Positions 12,731 to 26,900 of a stretch of 64,000 bases of DNA are shown piece by piece. This stretch comes from Paraspadella gotoi. Taxonomy: Eukaryota; Animalia; Chaetognatha. The DNA is taken from the NCBI GenBank assembly GCA_051294375.1, contig CM119264.1, forward strand, positions 4,921,070 to 4,985,069, in the 5' to 3' direction. The notes under the pieces are model-generated. The model had not been told where the DNA came from. It saw only the letters and a list, made by a program, of their open reading frames with translations, and ran no database searches. Within the stretch, counting starts at the first letter, position 1. Every line of letters begins with the position of its first letter. The position numbers and the translations under genes were made by a program.

Positions 12731-13772
12731 TACATCAAACTATTTTCGTTAAAATTTTCCTATTCAACTCAGTACCTGGCCCGGTCAGAAATAATAAACA
12801 GAACCAAAGAACCATAGTAACCATAGAAAATAAGTAACCTACATACATTTAAAATTACCTTAATAAATAAACATTTTCAAAATGATCATGAGGCCTAATC
12901 TCTGAAAATACGCATTTGCATACCGTATCATGACTATCATAAACTATATCGTGACAATACTTTGCTTTAAATCCATTTTATGTTAAAAACTGAATATCTA
13001 AGGCCCAAAACGGCAGGTTCTCTGATACTAATTACACGTTTTGTACGACCTGTACGACCAGCAATACTCTTAACTGTAACATTTGATTTGTTTGCTAATG
13101 GGGAAGTCGTCAGGACATTACAAATACAGCAGTTAAAAATCTCCAAAACTAAAATTCAGTTTAAATGAAGCAAATTTTATGTAAATAGCTGCAAAATTTA
13201 ATAAACATCTTAAATAGCTATTTTTAAAGTAATAAAAAGTCATAGAACTGATATGATAAATCAGACTGGAAAACATGGACAAAAACATCGGAATTTTTGC
13301 ATCACATTACAAAACGTAGACATTAATTTATTTTAACTTAGTCATCTAAATTAAAAACAGTTATAATTACGCTTTGGACTAACGGAACAAATAGTAAAAT
13401 TAATCTTTTTAAAAAAAAATAACTAGTGAAAGCAGTTTTCGAGAATCTGTCTTTAAATAACATGCCATGTATAACTAATATATTACGTTTCAACGTAACT
13501 GGGTTCATTGAGGTTCACATCCAAGAGGGAAAACGGTAGGATATCAGGAAAAAAATGTATCAAATTCAAAAGTCAACAGAAGTAAACTCATCAACCGCAC
13601 GTTAAAATTCAACTTAAAACGCCGTAGATGAAACTTTCACATTGACTTTTTCGTGCGCGTATATGGTGAGAGAAAAAAAAGGCAATTAAAGAGAAAGATT
13701 GTGTTGACCCCCTCCCCGACCCCTCTCTCTCTTTACGCTTGACGATCACAACCAAGGCGGGTCGGGATCGAG

Positions 13773-16700
13773 TCAATCCTGCATTTCCTCCGGCATGTCG
13801 TAAGGATTGAGGATTCCCGGAACAGAGATTTGCACGCGGCGCTTCTCATCTTGCGCCTGTTTCAACGCCGCCTCCCGTTCCTCCAAGTAGAGGTCGCTCA
13901 GGTCTTCCCCGTGGAATTCCTTGATCTGGACGAGGAAGTCGCGGAGGTGCTCCTTGAAGCTGCCGAGGTCTTGGTTGAGAGAGAAAAGGCCAGTGATCAT
14001 GACCTTGACCTGAGATTTGGGACAAAAGAGAGAGAGTTGGAGTCGATCGTTCAAAAATCTCTTTTCATAATATTTTTTTCAAAAATAGGGAACAGAGGTT
14101 TTTGCCTGCGCGTCGGTGAAATGGGGAAAGGCCGTCTTGAGCAAATTGGCGATGTACTGCTGAACGAATTCCACGTTATTTCCCGACGCGTTGACTTGAC
14201 CCTCGGCCGATAAAGGAACCGTGATCTTGCCTGAAAAGACAATATAGAGAGAGGTTTTACCGTACCTCCATCCGACATCTTTTAAAACGAATAAATTAAC
14301 ATATACCGGCTTCGACGATAGTAAACATATGGGCTAGTATCGTAGCATGTTGCGTAAGGTTTCCAGAATGAGACGTGTCCGTCACCACGGCGAATAAATG
14401 GGACAAAATGTCGAGAAAGAATGTTTGGTAAAAAGATTGTGCCGCAGTTTGTTCCGCTTGGCTAAAGTTCTGCGCGAAAAAAACTCAATAAATAAACGAA
14501 CAAAAAAGATCTGCTTCGAAAATAAAAAACAATTTTCATACCTGGAACATGGAGTACATGATGGAGAGACCGATTTCGGCAACATTGCGCATGGTGTGCT
14601 TTAATGCCCAAATCACCGAGTCGAGGACGAGTTTGAATTGCGGCCCGGGAATATTAAGAAGCGCAGGAAAGCAGTGAGAGTTCACGGCCTAGAAAAGTCA
14701 GTTGTGACAAGTTTTAAATCTAAATCAAACAATAAATAGAGCCTATTTTTAGTCGCCACATTTTTCTCCAAACATCACGTCACAAACAACCTGATCAGAG
14801 TCACCAGTCACCCCACATAGCTAATCTATCTCTTTATTCGTGCTAAAAACACTCGGCAAACTTAGAAACGAGAGACCTCTAGCACCATTTGAAGAACACC
14901 ATGAATGGATTTTCTTCCAACCACGATCTCGCAAGCTAGGTATCCGGATTGTCAAAGATCCGAGCCACATCGCACTCTCGAATCAAAACGAAAACATTAA
15001 AAGAACAAAAATTAAATTCGTGGAAATATACGTAAAAAGAAACTGCAGAGTTACAAGGAGAAATTATTAAATCTCAAGCACTACCTGGAGTTCTACTAAC
15101 CTGCAACAACAAAAAGAAGTTGATTCGGTGTTCGGGGTATTCTTCAAAATTCTTGTTGATCATGTCAAGGGTGCATTCGAAGACTGCGTCAAAGATCGGC
15201 GGAACGTCGTTGGTGATATGCGACTCCAGTTTGTTTACCACGGTTGCCATGGTAGAAAGAACTTCCGGCTCACGAGCCTGAAAAAAAGAAAAGAAAAAAA
15301 AACGAATGAGATGGAGACAAAAAAAATCACAATAATGCGGTTTTTTCGATGGCTGACGAACCTGCGGAATGTTCCGTTGGTAATCGGTGAGGACGGCCTC
15401 AAGAAGGTGAGGGATGAAGTTGGTGACGACGAGAGTGGGATCTGTGGAGCGACTCACCCACCCTGAGATCAGCTTCAACGTTTCCTTTTTAACGGTTCTC
15501 ATGGAACGGATGAGAAGCTGCTTCGTCACGTTTTCCCCGTGAAGCGTGATCGCTGAGCTGATGTTCTCCGACATGACCTTGAAAAAAGATTATCATCAAT
15601 ACTTTATAATTTGTAATTTATTAAGCCCAATGGCCAATACGCACAAACAATAGAAACTTACCTTATAGACATTAAGCATGTCCAAATATATTCTTCCCAA
15701 TTGGTGAACATATGGGTGACCTAGGGCTTTGCAGGCTCGAACGTTGGTCTTTAAGATGTTTCCTAACTGTTTTACAGCTTGCAAGTCTTTCAGGAACTCC
15801 ACATTTTTGGACGCTTGGGAAATGATAGCATCCCAAACCTAGTTATTAACGTGAAATATTTAAAAATCTATGCAATCTAATATAAAATTTTCAAATGAAA
15901 CACACTTGATTTGGCAGCGACATGTACTTTTCGATCAGCGCTTCTTGAACGGAAGTGTCCGTTTGCGCTGAGATCATATAACCAACAGCTTCGTAAAATG
16001 TGTGAACCTAAAGATGGGAAAGATGAAAAAACACGATATAAATTCTCAAAAAGAAAAATGTATTATTGGATCGGTTTCGAGTAGTTGTGTTCATCCTAAA
16101 AATTTCATACTTGCTGTGGTTGAAGATCGCACACAATTGTGTTGATTGTCGACAATATCTCTTCGATGAAAGGCATAACTTCCCCAACTTGAACGGTAAC
16201 GAAATGTCGCCGACACTTTTGCGCGATCTGCAAAAAAAAAAAAAAAAAAAAGAAAAAATCAAATCTTAGTTCTATTTCAAATGATAACACGTCCCTGTCA
16301 GGGTCCGGGAAAGTTTCTACAAAAATACCTTGATGAAAGTGTCACACGCCATGTCCTGAACTCCGTCATGCGTCTCGTGCATGAATTCGAACAATTTATT
16401 CACTACAGTTTTCAAAAATTTCCAATGCGCCCTCAAGAATCGAGGATATTGCCCGACTACGTACATAATGTTAGAAGCGATGATGGCCTAAAGGAAAAAA
16501 ATCATTTATTGAATCGCGAATGGTGCTTTTCGAGCAAGACTTAACATTTCATCTCCTGTACCTTGTTATCTTTTCCTCTTTTCTGTTCGCACAATCCTAG
16601 TAATTCTTTGATAACGGTCACCAAAAACCGTTTTTCGTCCTCTTCGTGCATCGCGCCTAATTAAGAAAAACTGCATTAAAAAACGCTCTAAAAATCAGCG

Positions 16701-18497
16701 AATGTTTTTTCGAATAATAAATTCAATTAACCTGATATGGAGCCGATGGCCCAGCACAGAGTGTTAAGGTTTTTCCAGCTCCACTCAGTGCCGTTGACTT
16801 GATTGTGCAATTTTTCCGTCATGATTTGCTCTGTATCGACGTAGTCCAAATGCGTCAAATAGACCAAAGTTTCGCGCATGTTTTTGTAGAGATTAATCGA
16901 ATCCGTATCCTAAATGAACCAAAATCAACATAAGTTACATCTAATATTTAAAAAAAACCTAGTTTATTAGTATAAATTTAATGACCCAGACCTTCATGAA
17001 TTCTCTAACGACTTCTCCTTGCTCGTTCTCCACGACGAGAACTTCCTCTGGCTTGGCCATTCGAGAGATCATCACCCGTCGAACTTGGGTCAGGATGGGA
17101 GCGTAAAGTTGCCGTCGAGGAGCCTGGAAAGAGGGACATCGACGTTATTCGTCAAAACTGCTATTTAGGTTGTGACAGAAAGTACTATATGATGTTATAC
17201 ATCTGTATGTAACAATGTATGCATCATTTACGTATAATTATAAAAACACGAAATTCACGAGTTTGAAAAAAAGGGTACTCACCGGAGTTTCCGACGATCT
17301 GGATCCCAATAGTAATGGGGTGGCGGAGAAGGGATTTTCCCGATAAAGATCCGAGGCCAACATGTTCCAGTATTCGAGACAGATTTTGAAGACTTCCACC
17401 TCTTCGACTTCGGAAATTTTGACCAAGTAATGGAGGGCCTCCTTGAGCGGCTCTTGCATGTCCGGTTTTTTCTCGATCAACTGTCCGTGCTCCTTCAAAA
17501 ATGTGCAGAGGAAGAGGCTCAGGTTCTGCACAAAGTTTTGGTCCTCGTCGGAGCCGGTGTTGTAGGCGTCGCGGATGTTGGCGTCGAGCGGGATCATCGT
17601 CTTCAGTTGCTGCATCGTCTGCGTGAAAAGCTGCACGAATTGTTCGTCGTACTGATTGGCGACGTTGATGGCGGCGATCTCGGCCAGACACTTGAAGGAG
17701 ACGTTGCGGAAAAGGGGGACGGCGAGAAACTTGTAAACGAGCGTGGAGATCACCTTCGTCTCGAAGATGTAGCCCAGCGGGATCCAGTTAAGAAAGCGAA
17801 GGAGCGTCTCCAGCGTGGACATGGCCAGGTTGGGATTGTTCGAATTGTCCATCACGTATTGACAGAGTTGAAAGATGGCGGAGAACTCGCTGCACATGCT
17901 GTCTTTGAGATGCTTGGCTTTGGCCTGCGTCATCTGCCCCGAGGAGAAGTCGAAGACTTCTTCGCTCAGCAGTTTCAAGATCTGCATGTTGTTCTGGCAG
18001 AGAGACTCGTTGGACTGGGAGGCGCCGACGATGTCCGAGATAAAGGAAGGCCAGTTCTTGGGCCATTCGTGCTTGAGAATTTGGACGAGGATCATGTTGA
18101 GCTTGGAGACGTAGACTCTCTCCTTGTCCATGAGTTCCGCATCCGAGCTCGTCTTGATGATTAGACACACGATGTACTTTTTCACTCCTTCGCACTGGGG
18201 CCGCGGAAGAGCCTTCCATCGCGTCTTGATCACGTTCTCGAGGATTTGCAGGGCGTAGTACTTTGTCTGTTGATTCTGCGAGTATTCGAGGATGGTGTCC
18301 ACGCGCGTCCAAGCGTCCGGATGCTCCTTCAGCGTCGTCAACACCTGCTGCGCCACCTTCTGTTCTTGGCCCACGCCCGAGTAAAGGCTGCTGACGACAT
18401 TGTCCAGAAGTCCGATGTCGAGCTTTTCGTTGAAGTCGAGAAGTCGCTGCGCCTGGTCGGTTGCGTTGGCGGTGGCGGCCATTGTCACGGGAGGCAT
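13773..18497 (-). CDS. XPO1: Exportin-1 (CRM1)
   Basis: [46 protein letters not shown] (leptomycin-B cysteine present), [28 protein letters not shown]. Multi-exon, with a 1.2-kb first coding exon and one GC-AG intron (14010-14105). Confidence 0.98.
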
Positions 18498-19119
18498 TTG
18501 AATTGAATTTAAGAGGGTTGACGAGAGAAACTATCGTCTCCTTCCTGCCGAGGCAAGGGATGCCCGATCTGGCAGATTTGAAAATTTAACGCGTAGTCTT
18601 CTGAAATAAAACTTAATTCGTTGAAAATGTACTAACACGTGTGAGAAAAAGGAGGAGAGCAAAAACGCTACCAGTCTCAACCGGATAGGATTTCAAAAAC
18701 CCAACTGAAACGAAACAAGCGTCGAAAAACGAGGCGCTCAATATCATCTGGGTCAAGACAACAAGAAAAATTTTTAAACTTAAACAGAAAAATGTCAAAG
18801 TCCACGCGACCAAAACTTCACGCGGTCAAAGCTTTACGCTGTTTGGCCAGATAGGAAGCACGATCCACCGGCGGGCAGACAGGCCGACCCAGTCAACTAT
18901 ATCGCCCAAACGAACGATCATCGTACAAATTTGAGACGGTCGGCGGAAATGGCGAACGACGGAGGACGGAAGCGTCGACTTTCCCCGTGAAAAAATTAAC
19001 GTCAATAATGGTTTTACCAGAATGGGGTCTTGGCGCTTGGCGCTGTTGGATTGAACCGGTTCCAGCCAGTTCCTTTGGTTTCTCTCCCTCTCTGGCTTTC
19101 TGCAGATAAACAGCGACGC

Positions 19120-19230
19120 CGATTGGTTGACGCGACTATCGATCTAGTCGCTGATTGGTAGACGCGCTTTCTTAATCTTCTTAATGATTAGCCATCGCTT
19201 CTTTGGCCGTCGATGCTGATTGGCTCGCGG
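19120..19230 (-). promoter_or_regulatory. Phased CCAAT-box (NF-Y) array upstream of XPO1
   Basis: ATTGG at 19122, 19154 and 19219, and variant ATTAG at 19187; spacings 32, 33, 32 bp in a CpG-rich patch. Confidence 0.65.
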
Positions 19231-20944
19231 ACTATAAAGGCAGAGAGCGCGCGGGGTACGAGGACGTAGCATCCCCGATTAAAATCTATCCTCGGTTTCG
19301 GTTTTACCAACAAAGGAACAAGCGTTGTCCCATTCCCATTTCATTATCTATTATAAAAAATACAAGCGTTGACCCATCCCCATTTCATTCTTTATTATAA
19401 AATTATTTTAATATGGAGGACGAAATATTTATCAGATAAAAAAAAAAGGTCAACGCAACAAAGAAAAACAACTTTCGCGGTCATATTTACTTACCAATTG
19501 TTTCTCTCGTGAAAAGGAATTGTGGTCTAAAGATTTATTGTTGTTTGGCAAAGAAATTTTTTCAGACCTCTACAGATCAGTTTTAATATATACTTATATT
19601 TATATTTAGATATAAAACGCAATCAACTGGCTTACAGAAAATCTGAATCATCCACATTGTAACATAAATTTTAAAAACCGACCCTTTCTCGCGTGTACTA
19701 ATCAAGCTAATTTAAAACAAAAGCTGCTATTTACTGTATTGTATCTCACTATTTTTATTTTAGGAGTATTCATTATAATTGAAAATCGAAAGAGTACTTG
19801 TGTCATTTTATTTTATTTTTAATTTCCTATCTATAGCAATGACTGTGTAAAAAATCAAGATGATTGTCATCATTTTATTGAAGAAAAACAAAGTTTTCAA
19901 TATTACAACCATGCCCGATACATAATATGCAAACATTTTTACAGTAAATATTAATGCATTCCCAATTACAAAGCTAAAAAATGTATTAACTTAGTAAACA
20001 ATAAAACTATCAATTGTAGAAAACAAAGAACAATTAAATCATTTGCAACCGAATTTAAAGGTTAAGTTCATTTTTAAGTAATTTAATAGTACAACTTAAA
20101 ATATGCCTAATTACTATCTGTCTCCTTTTAAGCAAAGTAATTAAACGAGCGAGAAGTATTCCTGGATGTTAATGAAAAAATGTAGTTGGAGTTTACTGCA
20201 TTTTTTTACATGATAAAACATTTCTATTTTCATTGAATGAAATCATGACTAAGATGAAAAATTAAGAAAATCCTTTAATTTCCGAAATCCTATTAGAATT
20301 TATGCTAATAAAGTTTAACTGAATCCAGCATATCAATGTCTTTTTAGTACGTAGAAAGACAAAAAAATTAATTTTATGGTATTATCACTTTTTGCTCTGC
20401 AAGTTAAACAATTATGTTGTTTAAAACGTTTTTATCCACTTCTCATGGATATTTTAGTCACAAAAATATTTTCCCTTTGATAAAGGTATAAAAATTTGTA
20501 GGACCTTAAACAGACTGAAAAGAAAAAATTCATTAAAAAAATCCATAGACAACTGCATATTCGCTAATGAGAGATCACTGAAGTCTAATTTTTCGGTAAC
20601 AGTAAAACAAAACTATATAGCCCATTCTGCTATCACTATAGAACGACAATAAATTGAATTTTTAAATGAATTTTTCTGAAAGAAAAAAGCAGAAAAAATT
20701 ACTAATGCTAATAATGTTTTTTAAAAAAGAAATACTCATACCTAACTAAAAACCAAAAAAATTTGGATAAATATGCTCAAGCTTTAGGTTTTAATGAACA
20801 ATTGTCACACAATTTTAGTTATACAATGTACATTTTCTAGTATCGGACATTTACCAGTCGTACTACCATCACAGTAACCTGAGATTACTGTTTTCAAATT
20901 CATATTTACTAATATGTATATTATAAAAATGTTAATTCAAACCT

Positions 20945-23900
20945 TCAGTCCAATGGTTTCTCAACATCTTTTTTGTTGTGATGGTGGTGGTGATGGTGGT
21001 GGTGATGTCCGTTATGTTTTCTAAAAGTAAATGACATTAAAATATCTTTGATTTAAATTGCTCAATTTACGAAACCACGATATATGACTTTTTAAAAATG
21101 TTGAGCATTAATAAATATAATTTTTAAGTATTTATTGTTAGATAAGCTTCAAAATTTTAAATTTATTACCTGTGCTTCAAACTATTATCCGTTTTGACAG
21201 GAGAACTTAAGCTTAGATTGTTATGGCTATTTATACTCTTCCAATTGGACGTTTTGCTGATTTCATCCGTAATATTGATATCATTATTTCCCATTTTGTT
21301 TTGTTCACTTGACATGACGCCACTTCCTTCATTCTTGTCAGACTGCGAAAATAAGTTAAGGAACCACATTGAAAGCTGACTTAATAAAAATTATGTTAAA
21401 AGTTATTTTTTAAATGAGAAAAATTTTAAATCAAACTTTTTCCTCAACTTCCTATCATTTTTCGCACACTGATTCGCATGCAGAGGGATTTTTTAACTGT
21501 GATGTGTACTAAGGCGTAGTAAATTTTCTAAATTTAACTTTAATTAAAATTCTAAAAGTGAAGAACGAACAACATTATATTAATGAACATTTATGTAATA
21601 AAAAATTTATAATAAATTTTACAATTTACGCAGTAGGCCATATTTATACTAGTACTAAACCAATAAATGTTAAAATTTTAAAACAGTTTTTTGTAAGATT
21701 TTTTTGCAGATTTGGATTCGTCATAAAAAGTTGACAAAAAGAAATATAACTCTTTTTGAAAAATTCCTTCATTAAGTGGGTCAAAAATGAGAAAAAGCTA
21801 TATTTTAAGCTGAAAATTTACTTTTTCCATATTAAATATAGTTTTTTAAATTTTTAACCCACTTAATGAAAGAATTTTTAAAAATGACTTATATTTTCTT
21901 TTATCAACTTTTTACGAGGAATTCAAATCTGCAATCAAAATTAAGAAAAGCCTATTTTAAATTTTTCGATTTTATAAGGTTAGTACTATATATAAATATA
22001 GCCTACTGCAAAAATTAAAAAACATAAAATTAATTTTTTTTACAAATTAATATTCACTGATGGTATGTTGTTCATAATTGACTTTTAAATTTTCGTATGT
22101 AACTTTCACTACGCCTTAATGTGTACTTCGCAGGAGAAAGATTTGAATGCCCGCATAAAAGTACGTTTTAAAGCACTATTATGCTAAATAGTAAATCGAT
22201 TTTATAAAGAAATAGCATGCAAGTAAACAGGTTTAACATTTTGTCCAAAAATGGAACATGTATATGTTTTCTAAGTGGTATGTCTTCTTGAAGGGCTTGA
22301 ATAAACTAAGAATCTTTTTACACAAAGTGTTAACATGTACACGAGAATCTTTATTTTTGAAAATGAAGAAGAATAGGCTCAGCTACAGTGAACAAGCAAC
22401 TGAAGATGAAAAAATAAAAGTAAAATGAAGAAAAATTCAAGGACATGTGACAAAGGTAGGCGTTTAAAGCAATGGGAAGTTCTTATTTTTCAATGGTAGC
22501 TTTAGACGCAAAAACATTTTTTGACATTCACAAAAAAATGTGGCACTTCACAATTTCTGCACATTTTTACACAAGAGACACCATAATACATTGTACTTCA
22601 TGATTAATGCAGATTTTAGAAAAAAAAGGTGACTTCACTTTTACTAGACCCTCTTTAAATGTTGGTGAAATTGTGCAAATGTGGACAATACATCTAATTT
22701 TACAAAGAGTGTAGTTCAAGAAAATTTGACTTACAAAAGCAGGATTTAAGTAAGATGATTTTGAGTTCTGAGAAAAAGTTAAGATAATACTTTCAAACTA
22801 AATTAAATTGATATTTGACTGTCGAGTCTATTAATAAATATTGACCAAAATATCACACTACCAAGGAATATTTGCTTCATTTTTTTTAGTTGGGTGTCAG
22901 AAATATTTTTTTATTTTTAACACAGCAATAATATTTTTCTTTTTAAAAAGGAATAATTTGTTTGAAATAATTAATATTAATATTAGTGAATTAATATTAA
23001 ACATTTCATAGCTGCAAATTCCATTGGATAAATTCGTAAATACAAGCATAAAAACCAATAAAAAACGAAAAATATAAACAATCTGAAAAAATTTTTATAT
23101 AAATATTTCCTGACCGAATTTTCACAATGCAATATTACTTAAAACAAGAAGTTAGTTTTGAATAATAACAACGCCATTGAAAAATGTTCGATGCAATTTT
23201 CAATCTGGCCCATTTTTACCTTTTTATGGTTGTTTTCTGAGTTAGATAAAGAGGAATCATCAGAAACTAATTTCTCTGCCTCCTCTTTTTTGTGAAATTC
23301 GGGCATGATATCGTCCAATTCGGCGAGTTCGTGTTTTGAAAAGACATAATCCAGCAATTTCCTCACTCCCACCAAAGCCAGAACCATTAACGGAAAAAGG
23401 ATTGAGGATTCCTACAAAGCATTTCATTTCATTTACGCATACTCAAAAACTATGCCTATCGAATTCTGCCACGTACCTCAAAACTTTTGATTATCCATAA
23501 AAGAGCTAAGCACAATACTTGTACTGCTGTGAACAGGTGAACCCGATAAGTGCGCACGTGTCGTAAATACATAAAATCAGGCTGAGCAAGAAAGAAAAAG
23601 GAATTTAACTTCAAAACGCACCCCCCCCTAAAAAAGAGCTCATTTTACATTTTGTTATCATCACCTGATACTTGGTTGGCATAAAAACCAAGAGCATTCT
23701 GTCTATAAGCTGAATTCCTTTTAAGGAAGAAAATCCCATGAAGAGGAAAACTCCATAAAGGACTGGCATCGGAATTAACTGAAATATCAATAATACAGGT
23801 TTTTTCATTCATATAAACTTATCAAATTCTGAACCAAATAATACGAAGAGAGAAAATGCATGAATTTTAGAATTTTTTCCCCTAAACACTAGAAATTAAC

Positions 23901-26900
23901 CACATTACATCTAGCACAACTACACACCTTTAATACGGACGTCATCAGCACGGAGAGTCCGATCAGCGCGAAAATCAACACCCCAGTTAACCGATTTTCT
24001 CTGATGCCAAGAAATTTGGGTTTTTCTCCTGGAGCAGAAGACTCTGATTCCATTCGCAACGACTACGTTAAAAGATGAAAATTATGTGAAAAGGTTTCCA
24101 TAAACAATAAACATATCAAAATATTAATGAGCAATAAAGAAATAAAGAATACCTTAACGAGTTCGAAAATTAAAAAAAAAATTATGTGAATTAAAATTAT
24201 TCAGAGTACAAACACAAAATCACCTGGACGTGCGAAATGGACAAAACAGTTGCGGCAACAAACCAAGGAAGTCCTAAAACCGCATTGACGGCAATCTAAA
24301 AATTTAAAATTTAAATAATTTTTTTTCTTTTATGGTGTTACAATAATGTGCCAGACTCACAAGGATTGCGATAATTAAAAGATCCAAATGATAGCCGCAT
24401 CCTTTTTTCAATAAATTTTCTCTACGGTTTACAATAACAGCAGTGATTTGCTGATCCATAAAAATCAATATTGTTGCCAAAAGAGCAGGTATAATTGCTG
24501 CTGGAAGAGTCCATAATGGGTTTTTTAAAGGATTTATTAGCCATCCACGTTCTGGATAATTTGTCGGCTGTATTAAAAACAATTGGCGTAAATATCGTAA
24601 ATCAACAAGAAGCTCAATAAATTTTAATACCTGAAAATTTTCAGGAACCTCAAGTTTAGGGGTTGGCAAAGAAATTCCCCAATCAACCAAAACAAAAACA
24701 ATGATTGAGATGATGACAGCAAAGTCTGAAAGTAAAACTCTTACGCGAGTTGGGAAGAATCCAGTATTTCTGTAAAAATATTGAAAATGATTATAATTAT
24801 TTTTTTTTAAATTGTAGGAAAGTCAAATAGAAAACATACATAAGTACTGAAGAGTTAAAGAAACTTTTTTTCAAGTTACCTGAACAATTTTAATAGATAA
24901 GCCAATAAAAATGTGCCAAAAAAAAGAAGTATTGAAAGAAGATAAACATCAGGTACATAGTTGCAGCTTTCTGGATAAACTTTTGCATTTTCGACGTTGT
25001 TCAGGCAATCATATATGGTGTGATTTTCATAATCTGACAAAAAAAAACCCTGTTGGTGATAGTTATTACTAATTTAAAGTCTCTTCCATACCTATATCTG
25101 ACAATGTCAAATTGCTGTCTGGTGTATAATTTGAAGGGACACAATGACATTGAACAGATTCTGAGATGTAAGGAAGTCGTCCTATTTCAACATTTGAGCT
25201 TTAAAAAAAATAAAACCATGATAACAATCATTTAAATTTATCAATTAGAATTAAAAACGAAGAAAAAAGGAATCTTTTCTTACCGAACGTGATTTGTCTC
25301 TTGTATTTTGTACAGCTTAGAGAATGCTTCTTTAATGAAGATTATTGCAATCAAAGTTGCAAACGACTCCTCTGTTTAAAAATCCAAGAAATTATTTAGG
25401 AGTTTAATAATACTGACGTAGATTAATATTACTTTTTCAACTCACCTGTAAATCGAGTAATATAGCAAACTAAGTAAGATAAATCGAAAGCAACCATGAT
25501 AAAAAGAATCAGAGCAGTCCATAATCCAATCCATAAACGAAATGAAACATAATCCAACTCTTGTTTCCTTTAAAGATAAAATAAAGAATTATTAAGGTAA
25601 TAATAAGTTAATAATGAAAAAAATATAATATAACACTACCTATATTTTATTTTAACTTACTCGCAAAAATTGTAACAAATGGTTTCAAAAACGAGAACAG
25701 GTCCGGTACTTCCAATGATTGTAAGGGGTTGTCCGGAAAAAAGATGATAGGTTACCCCGGATATGACGCCCGATAATAATGACTCGATAGCTCCTAAACC
25801 TTTACCTATTAATATAAATTTTTAGAATAAGATTGTTGTGAATTTTTATAGACGCTTTTTATTTAAACACTTTAACAACCGCTAATTTTGTATAATGTAA
25901 ACTGCTTTATGAAAATATCAAAAGCAGACTTTCATAATCATAATCCATTTCACTTTCACTTAAATCAATCAAAAAATCTATCGTAGAATAATTGAACGAT
26001 TTAATGTGTACAAGGTGACACACGACAACCCGCCGCTAAAAAAAATCGTCATTTGCAAACCTGTGAAGATTTTTTTAATCTGAAATATTTTTTGTAGTAA
26101 AAACCGAAATCATTTATAAATCCAAATTTCATATTGATTGGTTATGATTTGACTTGGTAATGAGCAGGAAAAAGTTGTTTTAAGAATCGTATTTCACTTT
26201 AAAACTCAATCTTTTTTTAAAAACTTTTTGTCTAACTTTCTGAACATTTTTTAAAGAAAGGTATCAATATTAGTATCTTCTAAAAGCTCTTGGATATTTG
26301 AAGAAAATGACATCTTTAAGAATATTGTAACATGAACATAAGCCTAACCATTTTTAGTTTAATCAAGATAATCAAAATTAAAATAAGAAAATTCTAAAAT
26401 ATATTTTTAAAAATATCTGACTTATTTTCACTATGATGATCTAACCAATTATTATTTATATAGTTATCATAAAAATCTTGAAAAAAACTAAATTAAAATG
26501 GCTAATAATAATTTAATAATTATTCCAAAACTGCTCTTTAATTTAAGAAATATCTTATCTTTAATTATTTTTATATTATTATTATATTATTATTTTTATA
26601 TTTTTTTGGATAGGCTAATTTTTTATCTTACAGTATTTTTAATTATGCCACTCTTTATATTTTTAAAAGCTTTCAGAAGATATTAATATTGATACCTTTT
26701 ATGTAAAATTTTTTAAAAAATGTTTAGAAAGTTAGACAAACAGATTGAAAAAAAAATATTTTAAGTTTTAAAATTTTAAAATTTTAAGTTTTAAAATAAA
26801 AGACGATTTTGAACGAAACTTTTCTCCGCTGATTGCCAGGTCAAATCAAAACCTTTAGACGCTTCACAAACCAATCAATATGAAATTTTGAAATATAAAA

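Noticed and set aside
3594-18506. Long plus-strand and alternative-frame ORFs overlapping RBMX2, PRPF4, MIPOL1-like and XPO1 (for example 17430-18164)
   Set aside because: Antisense shadows of GC-rich coding sequence with no recognisable domains.
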